Positions 35,001 to 42,854 of a DNA stretch of 42,854 nt are shown here, one piece after another. The DNA is from a virus (taxonomy: Duplodnaviria > Caudoviricetes): IMG/VR virus record IMGVR_UViG_3300037440_000068, positions 1-42,854 of that record; one strand, written 5' to 3'. Numbering within the stretch: position 1 is the stretch's first letter; each line of letters starts with the position of its first letter. The notes below the pieces were generated by a model that was given only the letters and a program-made list of their open reading frames with translations, ran no database searches and was not told the origin of the DNA. The position numbers and the translations under genes are program-made.

Positions 35001-35620
35001 TGTTCGCGTTGCCGACCTCAATGGGAATTGGTCGCCCAAGCTCAGGGGGCGGAGGAGGAGATTCTACAGTCTCGTTTGATCCGGCGCGAAAATCAGGCAA
35101 CGTAACATTGTCAGGTTCTGACAAGACGGCCAGTAACTCAAATGGAGGAGGCCACTGGTGGGCGCTTTGCACGCTGCCAAAGTCGTCCGGTAAATGGGTC
35201 TATGAAATGACCGTCAACAGCCTTCCGAGCAGCGGAAATCTTGGATTTGGTATCGTAGATCAAGCCGAAGTGATGGCCCAAGCCTCTCCTGCAATTACAA
35301 GTGGAGGAAATTACTGGGGGAGACAGACTAGTCCTTTGTGCAGGCACTATGATGGAACCGCGTTTACTGTACTTGGCACTTCAGGAACTATTCCTGTGCA
35401 GGGCGACGTGATTACTATCACGATTGATCTGGACACAGAAGAAATGAAGGCATATCGAAACGGATCGTTAATATCTACTAAAACCATCACCACTATCGAC
35501 ACCGGAACGAAAATATACGTTCCTTTTGTTGATCTTTGGGGGTCTGTTGGCACGCCGGCTACAGTTACGATAAACTCAAATATTAATCATCCGCAAGCTG
35601 GATTTACACCATGGGCTTGA
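35000..35620 (+). CDS. SPRY/concanavalin-like domain protein
   Basis: VTLS....TA, SSGKWVYEM, FGI, GDVI...IDLD......YRNG. Confidence 0.7.
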   Translation: MFALPTSMGIGRPSSGGGGGDSTVSFDPARKSGNVTLSGSDKTASNSNGGGHWWALCTLPKSSGKWVYEMTVNSLPSSGNLGFGIVDQAEVMAQASPAITSGGNYWGRQTSPLCRHYDGTAFTVLGTSGTIPVQGDVITITIDLDTEEMKAYRNGSLISTKTITTIDTGTKIYVPFVDLWGSVGTPATVTINSNINHPQAGFTPWA

Positions 35621-35625
35621 AGTAG

Positions 35626-35721
35626 TCACCCGAACACCCTCCAAGCCAGCACCAGGACGACGCACACGGCCCCGATGGTGATGGTCCAGTTGTCGATTCG
35701 GTCTTGCTGATCTCGGGTCAT
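35626..35721 (-). CDS. 31-aa membrane peptide (not in ORF track)
   Basis: MTRDQQDRIDNWTITIGAVCVVLVLAWRVFG; ATGA overlap and GGAGG RBS. Confidence 0.55.
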   Translation of the reverse strand: MTRDQQDRIDNWTITIGAVCVVLVLAWRVFG

Positions 35722-35936
35722 GGCGTTGCGCCTCCATTGCGATTCAGCACCGCAACAAGCTCTGCTTCGTGGCGATCTTCCAACGCCATACGCTCGGCGC
35801 GGTGCCGTTCCTCCACCACCGTGATTTCAGCCGCAGTGGCCTCGTTCCACGCCTTGGCTTCGTCCGAGTAGATCGGTACGCCGCACACTTCTGCGTGCGG
35901 GGCTCCGGGGTCTTTGGGTTTTGTGTCAGTGTTCAT
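35718..35936 (-). CDS. hypothetical protein
   Basis: GGGGAG RBS; coupled to neighbours. Confidence 0.65.
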   Translation of the reverse strand: MNTDTKPKDPGAPHAEVCGVPIYSDEAKAWNEATAAEITVVEERHRAERMALEDRHEAELVAVLNRNGGATP

Positions 35937-36214
35937 CACCAGTCACTCCCCGCAAGCCAGCCCGGTTCAGTGCCGTGCTGAGCCAGCATTTCTCGTACGC
36001 TGATCGTTTCGCCCGGAATCGGCCGCTCATCTTCATCAAACTCGGGGTACCGGTGGTCGAGTTCGTCATCCGTCAGTTCGTGCGGATACTCGTCGTCCAT
36101 GGTTTCGTCGTCGCCGACATTCTCGTGCCAAAGCCGCTTGGCTTCTTCGGCGTCACGGGCTGCATACAGGTCCGAGTCATCGCATTGGTAGGCTTTCAAC
36201 GTGTCAGTATTCAT
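35936..36214 (-). CDS. acidic hypothetical protein
   Basis: AAGGAG RBS; LKAYQCDD.D.YAA...EEA. Confidence 0.7.
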   Translation of the reverse strand: MNTDTLKAYQCDDSDLYAARDAEEAKRLWHENVGDDETMDDEYPHELTDDELDHRYPEFDEDERPIPGETISVREMLAQHGTEPGWLAGSDW

Positions 36215-37574
36215 CGCTGTCTCCTTGGGGTAGGGAGGCGCAGGATTCAAGATGCTCTAAGGCTGAATGCAGCGCCAGTGCATCGCGCGTAAAAATTGCC
36301 TCATTCGTAGAATCGTTGGCAGACTTCGCGTAAACGGCCCGCTTCGTGATCCGATCACGCATGTGGCGCAGGGCATTCAGATGTTCATTTTCTAGTGCAG
36401 CGACAGGCGATGGGGCGGTTCCTTCGCCGTGGTGCCACAAGAACGCGCAGTAGGCAGCCACGTCTCGCGGGTCGCCCTTGGCAACATGCTCGTTCAGTTT
36501 CTGACGGCACTCGTCCATCCAGTTCGGGCCAGCCCACCCGTCGCTGTAGCCATACTTCTTTTCGGCAGCGGCGAGCTTGGCGGCTAATGCGGTGGCAAAC
36601 CTCGCGACTAGGTTTGCGGTGTTCGGGTGGAGGTCAGGCGGCAAGGCGAAGAACTCCATATCGTCACTTGTGGGACCCGTGTGTGGCGCGGCCGCAAGCA
36701 GTTCGTCGCACAACTGCCATGCTTCGGTAACTGCGGAGTGTATGAACCTACGATCCTCTGCATGGTTTGTGTCACCTGAGAGAAATTCGGAGATGCCTGC
36801 ACTCACGAGCCTATCTCTCAGATCGGCAATCTCCTCTCGTGTTGACCCCTCCGGCACCCGCTGGCTTACTGGCTGCGAGCGGAGGGTGGAAAGGTAGTCG
36901 TCGTATCGAACAAGAAACTGGCTATCCAGCATGTCCGAGAAGGGCGACGCAACTATCACATGAACGCCGTCGATAGTTGTTGACCCGACGATTCTTCCGC
37001 CGCTTTCGGTCTGCGAACGCAGGGCGGCTTCGAGTTCGTCAGCACAACGATCAAATATTTCCGCCGCTCGCTCATCCTGCAAGCATTCTTCTACAGGATG
37101 TTCTGGGGCGTGCCGCCATGCTCGCCACTTCTCCGGCAACTCCCGTACAGCAGCGCCGGCAAAAGGCTGCGGGTCTGCGCATTCGTGATCGCCGCCTCGG
37201 CCGTTATGTCCCCGCGGCTGTGCCATTTCGCTTTCTGCGATGAACCGCTGGAACGGCGGATTGCGGAGACAGTAGATAGCACGCTGGATGCACGGATTGA
37301 TCGCGCGAGGCCATTGCGCCGGGTCGTGTTCTTTGGCTGCATCAAGGTAGCTTTGCAGCTTGTCCGCACACTCTCCGTTCGTCATTTCACCGCGGTACGG
37401 TAGCTCCGCCTCCACGCCTGCCGTGGAGGACAGGGCGGCACGATATCCAGCAGAAAAGGCATCAGCAGGATGGTCAGGCTCGTGGTTCCACATTCGCGGC
37501 AGGCACCATATTTCGTAAGCCTCTTTTATTACATCTTCCCGCGCCCGCTGCCGCACGTCTGTCTTGTCGTTCAT
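36204..37574 (-). CDS. Ead/Ea22-like mosaic protein
   Basis: C-terminal LHP.T..LV..F..ALA.KL..AEKKYGYSDGW...HV.KGDPRDVAAYCAFLWHH module. Confidence 0.7.
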   Translation of the reverse strand: MNDKTDVRQRAREDVIKEAYEIWCLPRMWNHEPDHPADAFSAGYRAALSSTAGVEAELPYRGEMTNGECADKLQSYLDAAKEHDPAQWPRAINPCIQRAIYCLRNPPFQRFIAESEMAQPRGHNGRGGDHECADPQPFAGAAVRELPEKWRAWRHAPEHPVEECLQDERAAEIFDRCADELEAALRSQTESGGRIVGSTTIDGVHVIVASPFSDMLDSQFLVRYDDYLSTLRSQPVSQRVPEGSTREEIADLRDRLVSAGISEFLSGDTNHAEDRRFIHSAVTEAWQLCDELLAAAPHTGPTSDDMEFFALPPDLHPNTANLVARFATALAAKLAAAEKKYGYSDGWAGPNWMDECRQKLNEHVAKGDPRDVAAYCAFLWHHGEGTAPSPVAALENEHLNALRHMRDRITKRAVYAKSANDSTNEAIFTRDALALHSALEHLESCASLPQGDSDEY

Positions 37575-37840
37575 GCCCTCTCTCCAAGTTTTGCGAGCGC
37601 ACATAGCATCCTCTCGATTAGCTGTTCGACAGCTCTGTCCGGAGAGGTAAGGTCATACTCGGACTTGACGTCGAAAGACGTACCAGTCGTGTTCGTGTTC
37701 ATTATGATGCGAGCATGCCAACCCGAATCCATCATCGACGTGCTAGGCCTGCCGAACTTGCACAGCCATTGGAGTTTGCCCGACAGGTCAGCGGGGACGT
37801 ATTCAACTGCGTCAGCTTTTCTTGCGCTTAGCTCGTTCAC
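37571..37840 (-). CDS. hypothetical protein
   Basis: Coupled overlaps at both ends. Confidence 0.65.
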   Translation of the reverse strand: MNELSARKADAVEYVPADLSGKLQWLCKFGRPSTSMMDSGWHARIIMNTNTTGTSFDVKSEYDLTSPDRAVEQLIERMLCALAKLGERA

Positions 37841-38085
37841 GCCCTCTCTCCATCAGTCTTGTCTTCTGGTTCGTCGAACCAGGCTGCGTCAAGCTCTGCG
37901 TACGAGCCGCCACGCTTTCGAACTTCGATCAGCGCGCCTGTCTCGCAACCTTCGCACTCCGTTACACAAACCACTTGGGTAGGCCTGTCTATTCGATGTT
38001 TTCTGGCGCGCGTAGTGTTGTTCCACAATGGTTTGATCCATACACTATCGCCGGGTTGTAGCTTTAACGCGCTTTCAAGTTTCAT
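37837..38085 (-). CDS. hypothetical protein
   Basis: GGAG RBS; coupled. Confidence 0.65.
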   Translation of the reverse strand: MKLESALKLQPGDSVWIKPLWNNTTRARKHRIDRPTQVVCVTECEGCETGALIEVRKRGGSYAELDAAWFDEPEDKTDGERA

Positions 38086-38087
38086 GA

Positions 38088-38267
38088 TTATCTACTCCAT
38101 TTAAGCAGCACGAACGCAGCACCGGCTGCAACAAGTTCGGCTACGAATATTCCAGCGGGCCACGCGAAGCCGACAGCCCGCTCGGCGTACATCACCGTGA
38201 CAACGACCGACGCCAGACCCAGCACGACGAACAGGCGGATGCAGGCGATGGACAGGGTGTCGATCAT
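38088..38267 (-). CDS. small two-TM protein
   Basis: MIDTLSIACIRLFVVLG...; TGATG coupling. Confidence 0.6.
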   Translation of the reverse strand: MIDTLSIACIRLFVVLGLASVVVTVMYAERAVGFAWPAGIFVAELVAAGAAFVLLKWSR

Positions 38268-38422
38268 CACGACGCCCCGAACACGTACTGCACCATGCGG
38301 TAGACCGCGTTGAACGTGAGGTCGCCCAGCGGTGTGAACACGAACAGCGCGACCGACAGAACGGCTACGGTCATGAAGATCGACAGCTCGATGAACTCTG
38401 CGGTGATGGGGTCGTGTTTCAT
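38267..38422 (-). CDS. small membrane protein (51 aa, not in ORF track)
   Basis: MKHDPITAEFIELSIFMTVAVLSVALFVFTPLG...; GGAGG RBS. Confidence 0.6.
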   Translation of the reverse strand: MKHDPITAEFIELSIFMTVAVLSVALFVFTPLGDLTFNAVYRMVQYVFGAS

Positions 38423-38586
38423 TTCCGTGCCTCCCTCTGAGTTTCATCGCGCAACTGCTTCAACACGATCATGCGGTTCCGCGCCATCTGATCCTTAAGC
38501 ACACAAGGCGGAGAGAACCGCCGTACCTGCTCGATTGCCCAGAGAATTGCATCAAGCTTGTCATTCGGGTGGATTGAATCAGTCAT
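38419..38586 (-). CDS. small protein (55 aa, not in ORF track)
   Basis: MTDSIHPNDKLDAILWAIEQV...; ATGA overlaps at both ends. Confidence 0.55.
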   Translation of the reverse strand: MTDSIHPNDKLDAILWAIEQVRRFSPPCVLKDQMARNRMIVLKQLRDETQREARK

Positions 38587-38741
38587 TGCTCAGTCCTCAT
38601 GGCCTTCCCACGCTTCACGTAGCGCATGTGCGCCGCCCTGGCTCGTGCCGTCTCGCACATCGGGCCTCGGTTCCACGGGGATGCCTGACGGCCGGCCTTG
38701 CGGCGCTCCTCCGGGGTTCGGGTGTCGGGCTTTCTGTTCAT
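38583..38741 (-). CDS. small basic protein (52 aa, not in ORF track)
   Basis: MNRKPDTRTPEERRKAGRQASPWNRGPMCET...; ATGA overlaps at both ends. Confidence 0.55.
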   Translation of the reverse strand: MNRKPDTRTPEERRKAGRQASPWNRGPMCETARARAAHMRYVKRGKAMRTEQ

Positions 38742-39523
38742 GCCGCAGCCTGCAAATCAGAAGGCGCGCGCAACTTGGATTCGTACTCAGATACCAGACC
38801 AGCGAAGGCGATAAGATCGACCTCCATGGCTTCGATGAAGTCATCATCGCGATCCACGTGGAACACCGTCAGTGCTTTTCCGATAGATGCAAGCGCCGGG
38901 CAGTACAGGCAGAAATGCCACCATGTGCGCCCTGTCAGCCACATGCACCCCTGCACCTGTTCCATGAACTCTGACAAGTCTTGTGTCAACAGGATGTCGC
39001 GCAGGCGCTCCGGGTTAACCAAGCACTTGTATTCCGATCCACCATCGTTTCCGATGAGCCCGTCGGCCGAAGCCCCGAACAAGTTGTCGTCGCTCAGGAC
39101 GAAGCCGGCTCGTTGGATGCGAAGCCCTTTCTGGAAAGCGTGCATGTCGCGTGCCTCGGGCTCAAGCTCTCGACCTCGGCGCATCGCCCATGTGTCGAAC
39201 TGGTCATCGGCCAGTGGGTCGCCACTGATTCGCTCAACCGCAAGCCGGAAGGCGTAGTTTTTGGCTGCCTCGGTGTAGTCGCCAACCTTCTCGCCCGAAA
39301 TGGCGCGCTTCAACGTCTCAGAACGTGGGGCAGACTTGTAGCCGGCAGACTTCATTGCCTCTTGTTCAGGCTGCCCAGCACGAATTGCGTCAAGGTATGC
39401 CTGTTGCTGCTCGTTCAGCCCACCAATGCGCTTGCGGACTTCGCCAAACATGCTGGCCGTGATAGCTCCGGACCTAGCAGAATGCCAATCATGTGTGCCC
39501 TGTTCGCATTCCACCAGGATCAT
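38738..39523 (-). CDS. lambda-exonuclease/YqaJ family nuclease
   Basis: EQGT.DW..AR.G.ITAS, AM.RG.ELEPEAR, GASADGL, EYKC, QVQGCMW. Confidence 0.9.
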   Translation of the reverse strand: MILVECEQGTHDWHSARSGAITASMFGEVRKRIGGLNEQQQAYLDAIRAGQPEQEAMKSAGYKSAPRSETLKRAISGEKVGDYTEAAKNYAFRLAVERISGDPLADDQFDTWAMRRGRELEPEARDMHAFQKGLRIQRAGFVLSDDNLFGASADGLIGNDGGSEYKCLVNPERLRDILLTQDLSEFMEQVQGCMWLTGRTWWHFCLYCPALASIGKALTVFHVDRDDDFIEAMEVDLIAFAGLVSEYESKLRAPSDLQAAA

Positions 39524-40296
39524 GCGAGGTTCTCCTCGCGCTTCACGAAGGCCGTTCGAATCGCGGGCGGAATCTTGTCCACCATCCCGTAAGCCTTCAT
39601 GCACTCGCGCTTTCTATCGTTCAACTCATCCAAAGTGCCGCAGTCCTTCACCACCTGCAACCAGTCGTTGATGATGGCTCGCTTGTTGTCGTCCTCACCG
39701 TTCGCGCCGTTGCCGTCGTCATCAAGGTTTCCTTCCTCGGAAGCAACGCCGGTCACAAGCTCAAACGTGGCGAGTTTGAGATAGGTCAGCGTGGATTTGA
39801 TCTGCTGCAGGGTGTTCTTTGCGCCCGACGTGTCGGGTGGACCATGCAGCGACACCCGTTCACTGTGCCCCCTGACGTGCGACAGGATGCAAGTCACCTG
39901 GATATGCTGCGACTGGTCAGCCTCCCACCTGGCATTCAGCCCGTGGACGCTTAGCTCAGTGTTGACCGTGTTGACGAGGTTCGCCAGCGACGAGTATCGC
40001 GACCCGTATTGCTTGTTCTCCTTGTCTCGATACACCTTCGGAGGGTTGGCCTTGAAAGCGGCGACCGCTTCGTCGAATGCCTTCTTTGCCTCGTTTGCCT
40101 CCCACTTGATCTGCAGGTCCAGCATCCGGTCTAGGTTCGCCAAGTCGCCCCCGCGCGATACCATCGTTTCGACCATAGCGAGGTAGGGATTCGCCTGCGG
40201 CATAGTCGCAGGCAGGCGACCTTCGGACTGGGGGCGAGATTTCTCGACGATATCGCCGTCGATGATGTCGCCATCGCGGGTGGTGGGATCGTTCAT
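39520..40296 (-). CDS. erf: ERF-family ssDNA annealing protein
   Basis: K.N.QYGSRY.SL......N..L..HGL, VTC.LSH..GHSE, Q...S..TY, DDDGN. Confidence 0.85.
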   Translation of the reverse strand: MNDPTTRDGDIIDGDIVEKSRPQSEGRLPATMPQANPYLAMVETMVSRGGDLANLDRMLDLQIKWEANEAKKAFDEAVAAFKANPPKVYRDKENKQYGSRYSSLANLVNTVNTELSVHGLNARWEADQSQHIQVTCILSHVRGHSERVSLHGPPDTSGAKNTLQQIKSTLTYLKLATFELVTGVASEEGNLDDDGNGANGEDDNKRAIINDWLQVVKDCGTLDELNDRKRECMKAYGMVDKIPPAIRTAFVKREENLA

Positions 40297-40346
40297 CAAG
40301 GTTTCCTTTCAGTGGCGGAATAAGTCCGGGTTGCCTCCCGGGTCGC

Positions 40347-40622
40347 TCATGCCCAGGGGGAGGGCGTTGGCGACGGCTTCATCGGCCAGAATGGCCCGGC
40401 TTGCGTCAGGCGAGTAGGGGATGGTTCAATGCTTGCCCCATGTATATGCGTAGCCCACGCGAGGACGTCTCGTGCTTCATCAGCGGTGTCTGGCAGCGGA
40501 TCGGGCACGAGGCCATACAAGATGCTCTGCGCTCTATACCGCAGCGTCGTGTCCATCGGATTAACCGGATCGCCGATCTGCGGGTTACGCGGCCATTTGG
40601 TCATTGTGGGGTCTTGGTTCAT
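40347..40622 (-). CDS. hypothetical protein
   Basis: Operon ORF with ATGA overlap. Confidence 0.5.
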   Translation of the reverse strand: MNQDPTMTKWPRNPQIGDPVNPMDTTLRYRAQSILYGLVPDPLPDTADEARDVLAWATHIHGASIEPSPTRLTQAGPFWPMKPSPTPSPWA

Positions 40623-40807
40623 GTGCTGGCCTCGTTTGTCTTTTCCGCTTTGCGAGCAAGCTCCACGGTCGTGTGCTGTGCCCACCATCCTCGCTTGTAT
40701 GCTTCGCGCGCGAATTCAGACAAGTGTGCAAGCTTTGCAACACGAAGCTGCAGTCCTAGAGATCGGGCGCGGCGGCCGTTTGCGTCGAAAAACAGCTTGG
40801 CTTTCAT
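40619..40807 (-). CDS. small basic protein
   Basis: GAGGA RBS. Confidence 0.6.
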   Translation of the reverse strand: MKAKLFFDANGRRARSLGLQLRVAKLAHLSEFAREAYKRGWWAQHTTVELARKAEKTNEAST

Positions 40808-40810
40808 GAC

Positions 40811-41476
40811 TTATTCCTCATCTCTGCTAACAGGTATGTGCATCGGCTCCGGCGATTGGGCAGAGGCCAGCATGGCATGACGGGCCGCTCGCCATATGCG
40901 AGGGGCATGCCAATGTGGATCACTAATGATGGTTTCAGGCCCAGGGTAGTTCTTGCCGAACCACTCCCCAAACTCGACAGGCATGTTCTCAGACACCCGC
41001 TGGCTGGCGGCCTTTGGCACGAAGTCATCGGCAGCACCAATGGCTTCGTGCCACGGACAATTCGCGCTTGTATGCTCGCCGATGTCAGCGCCAGTGATCC
41101 GAGCAATACAGGCAGCAAGCCTGTCCGCCATGTCGTGATAGTGGTCGCGCTCTTTGAGCGTCTGGTCCCACAAATTGTCGTCGGTTGGGCTCTGGCTGGC
41201 TGCGAGCAGTCGGGGCACGGCTCCCCGTGTTTCCTCGTACTGCCCCGGAGTCTGTCCAGAATGCCCGCCGATCAACCCGTGAACGCAACATGTTTCGCAC
41301 ACGGGGTTGGCGGACTGTTTGCCGATGGCGGAACGAAGCTCTTTTGCACAGTGGCGCAAGACAGTGGGCGGCGTATCGTCGTGCGTCCATGCTGATTCTT
41401 TGTCTGCCCACTCCTCCCATGATTCCGGCAACTCCCGCACAGCATCAGACACCGCCTTCATCTCGTTCGCGCTCAT
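40811..41476 (-). CDS. mosaic hypothetical protein
   Basis: Shares modules with 36204-37574; contains ERD....AD.LA..I......DIGEHTSANCPW. Confidence 0.65.
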   Translation of the reverse strand: MSANEMKAVSDAVRELPESWEEWADKESAWTHDDTPPTVLRHCAKELRSAIGKQSANPVCETCCVHGLIGGHSGQTPGQYEETRGAVPRLLAASQSPTDDNLWDQTLKERDHYHDMADRLAACIARITGADIGEHTSANCPWHEAIGAADDFVPKAASQRVSENMPVEFGEWFGKNYPGPETIISDPHWHAPRIWRAARHAMLASAQSPEPMHIPVSRDEE

Positions 41477-41778
41477 GCCCCCATCCTCCGGTCATAGTCG
41501 GCCGCCGCATCGTCGCGCAGGTAGGCACGCACGCGGGCTTCCATTGCAGCGCCGTAAGCGACCCAGTCGCCCGTCATCAAGGCGCGGGCAATGTCGGAGT
41601 CGAGGTGGTCGGAATAGTCACCACCAGTTACCTCTGAGCACGCCTCTCGCACGGTTTCGAAGTCGGTCATCGCGGCGTTAACGTCGGCGTCCAAGCTCTC
41701 GTCACGCAACTCAGCGGCATCTTCGTGCTTCCCGCAAGAGAAACAGCCGCAGCCACGGTGGTAGGGGTGCGCGCTCAT
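41473..41778 (-). CDS. hypothetical protein
   Basis: HPYH.GC.C..C N-terminus; coupled. Confidence 0.65.
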   Translation of the reverse strand: MSAHPYHRGCGCFSCGKHEDAAELRDESLDADVNAAMTDFETVREACSEVTGGDYSDHLDSDIARALMTGDWVAYGAAMEARVRAYLRDDAAADYDRRMGA

Positions 41779-42080
41779 GACGACTTCCCTTGCGAGCGGG
41801 CGAGGGCGTCAGTTAGGCGTAAATTGATGACCCCTGCCACGCTCTGCGACTTCGGGCTTCCGTTTTTCGCGTGCTCGGCACGAACTGCTGAATCAATCTC
41901 TGCTAGCAATGACTGGGCGTCGCCCACACAGTCAATCAACTCAGCCACGGTGGCGCGGGCTGTGCGTAGCCTTAGATGCCACTCGGCATGCTGAGGGGAC
42001 ACCCCGGGGTGCACGCAAGCAATCGCTTGATCCATAACCGCCAGCACATCAACCGCCTTCGTATCGTTGGGGACGGTCAC
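41775..42080 (-). CDS. hypothetical protein
   Basis: VDVLAVMD...ARA.VAELI motif; GGAGG RBS. Confidence 0.65.
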   Translation of the reverse strand: MTVPNDTKAVDVLAVMDQAIACVHPGVSPQHAEWHLRLRTARATVAELIDCVGDAQSLLAEIDSAVRAEHAKNGSPKSQSVAGVINLRLTDALARSQGKSS

Positions 42081-42346
42081 TTCTCACCTCCTTGCAAGCG
42101 GGCGGCTGCTACGAACATTTCGCGTCGATGCTGTTGTTTCATTACATGGCACGGACACGGCGACTCGCACTCGCCTTGATATGAAGCCACCGCACGCATC
42201 AACTCGGCAATTTCACCGATGACGCCAGCGATGTCTGATGCAGCGCCGCGACATCCTTCCTTGATAAGAATTAGTTCAGCTTGCAACAACTTTCTACGCC
42301 ACTCAGCGGTCGCCACTGCAGAAACCTTATTTGTATTCACGCTCAT
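42077..42346 (-). CDS. hypothetical protein
   Basis: GGAGG RBS; coupled. Confidence 0.6.
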   Translation of the reverse strand: MSVNTNKVSAVATAEWRRKLLQAELILIKEGCRGAASDIAGVIGEIAELMRAVASYQGECESPCPCHVMKQQHRREMFVAAARLQGGEK

Positions 42347-42501
42347 TCCGAAACCTCCATCACCACGGCACCCGCCGGCAGATCATCCATGCCGAACTGC
42401 AGCGCCGCCGCCGCGCAGGCCAGATCTAGCGTATCAGCCTCGACTGTGGTGCGGCGGCCGTCGGAAAGCGTCACAAGCCAGAGCTTCAGGGTTGCGTTCA
42501 T
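42343..42501 (-). CDS. small hypothetical protein
   Basis: GGAGGAG RBS; MNATLKLWLVTLSDGRR. Confidence 0.6.
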   Translation of the reverse strand: MNATLKLWLVTLSDGRRTTVEADTLDLACAAAALQFGMDDLPAGAVVMEVSE

Positions 42502-42854
42502 GACTCCTCCGTGATGCCGAGAAACGCACATCCTGGTGAGTTCAGTTCGATCAGTGCGGACAGTCCGATTCCTGCTTGCCGATTCAAAACCTCATCCCGA
42601 GCGGCATAGGTATAGGCATTGGCATCGGCAGCGGCATCGGCAGCGGCATCGGCAGCGGCAGCGGCAGCGGCATCGGCATCGGCAGCGGCAGCGGCATAGG
42701 TATAGGCATCGGCAGCGGCAGCGGCAGCGGCAGCGGCAGCGGCAGCGGCAGCGGCATCGGCAGCGCGGGCCACCGATTTTGCGTTCTCAGCCGCTGCGCG
42801 GTCGCCATCATTCTCGCAACGCAGCGCAGCAGATTCCAGAGCCTCGGCGTGAGA
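42498..42854 (-). CDS. Ala-rich repeat protein, 5'-truncated by the window edge
   Basis: Frame open from 42854 (SHAEALESAALRCE...) through poly-Ala/Asp/Tyr to L..L.SPG..FL. Confidence 0.75.
   Translation of the reverse strand, partial: SHAEALESAALRCENDGDRAAAENAKSVARAADAAAAAAAAAAAAAAADAYTYAAAAADADAAAAAAADAAADAAADANAYTYAARDEVLNRQAGIGLSALIELNSPGCAFLGITEES
42601..42765 (-). repeat. imperfect hexamer microsatellite (GCTGCC/GATGCC)n with two TATACCTAT interruptions
   Basis: Read directly. Confidence 0.95.

Noticed and set aside
34116-35620. Diversity-generating retroelement target
   Set aside because: No reverse transcriptase and no template/variable repeat pair seen
38500-38590. Apparent intergenic hairpin or tRNA
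   Set aside because: The region is filled by small coupled minus-strand ORFs; the GGCGG/CCGCC stem is only 5 bp
42584-42811. (LP/MP)n repeat ORF, or a CRISPR-like array
   Set aside because: Alternative frame of the Ala microsatellite; there are no spacers, so it is not a CRISPR array

Overview
The window is most of a lambdoid/HK97-type siphophage genome. The host is probably a Xanthomonadaceae-like gammaproteobacterium, an inference from protein-family recall and base composition that I could not check. Layout: (1) 1-7090, + strand: delayed-early genes. These include a structured non-coding region, a short replication-initiator-like protein, DUF1367, a Ref-like nuclease, an RMF-like protein, RusA, a Q-like antiterminator and a GIY-YIG protein. 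(2) 7090-35620, + strand: the late operon. It runs from a pR'-like promoter and hairpin-rich leader through amidase, three membrane proteins, Rz/Rz1, a beta-propeller protein, HNH, the cos region, TerS, a NUMOD3-HNH homing endonuclease, TerL, protease, capsid, portal and neck. It continues through a four-glycosyltransferase cassette, tail tube, frameshifted chaperones, tape measure, a GTA-like tail tip, and DUF2793 and SPRY proteins. (3) 35626-42854, - strand: the early-left operon, with ERF recombinase, a lambda-exo/YqaJ nuclease and many small mosaic genes. I saw no integrase, repressor, tRNA or CRISPR array; the immunity region probably lies just outside the window. The most notable items are a putative virion-glycosylation cassette inside the neck genes, a consensus chromosomal parS site beside the predicted cos in a phage with no visible integrase, and a long-range-paired ~260-nt element with a divergent small RNA where a replication initiator/origin would normally be. 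All protein assignments come from motifs recognised by eye, not from database searches.
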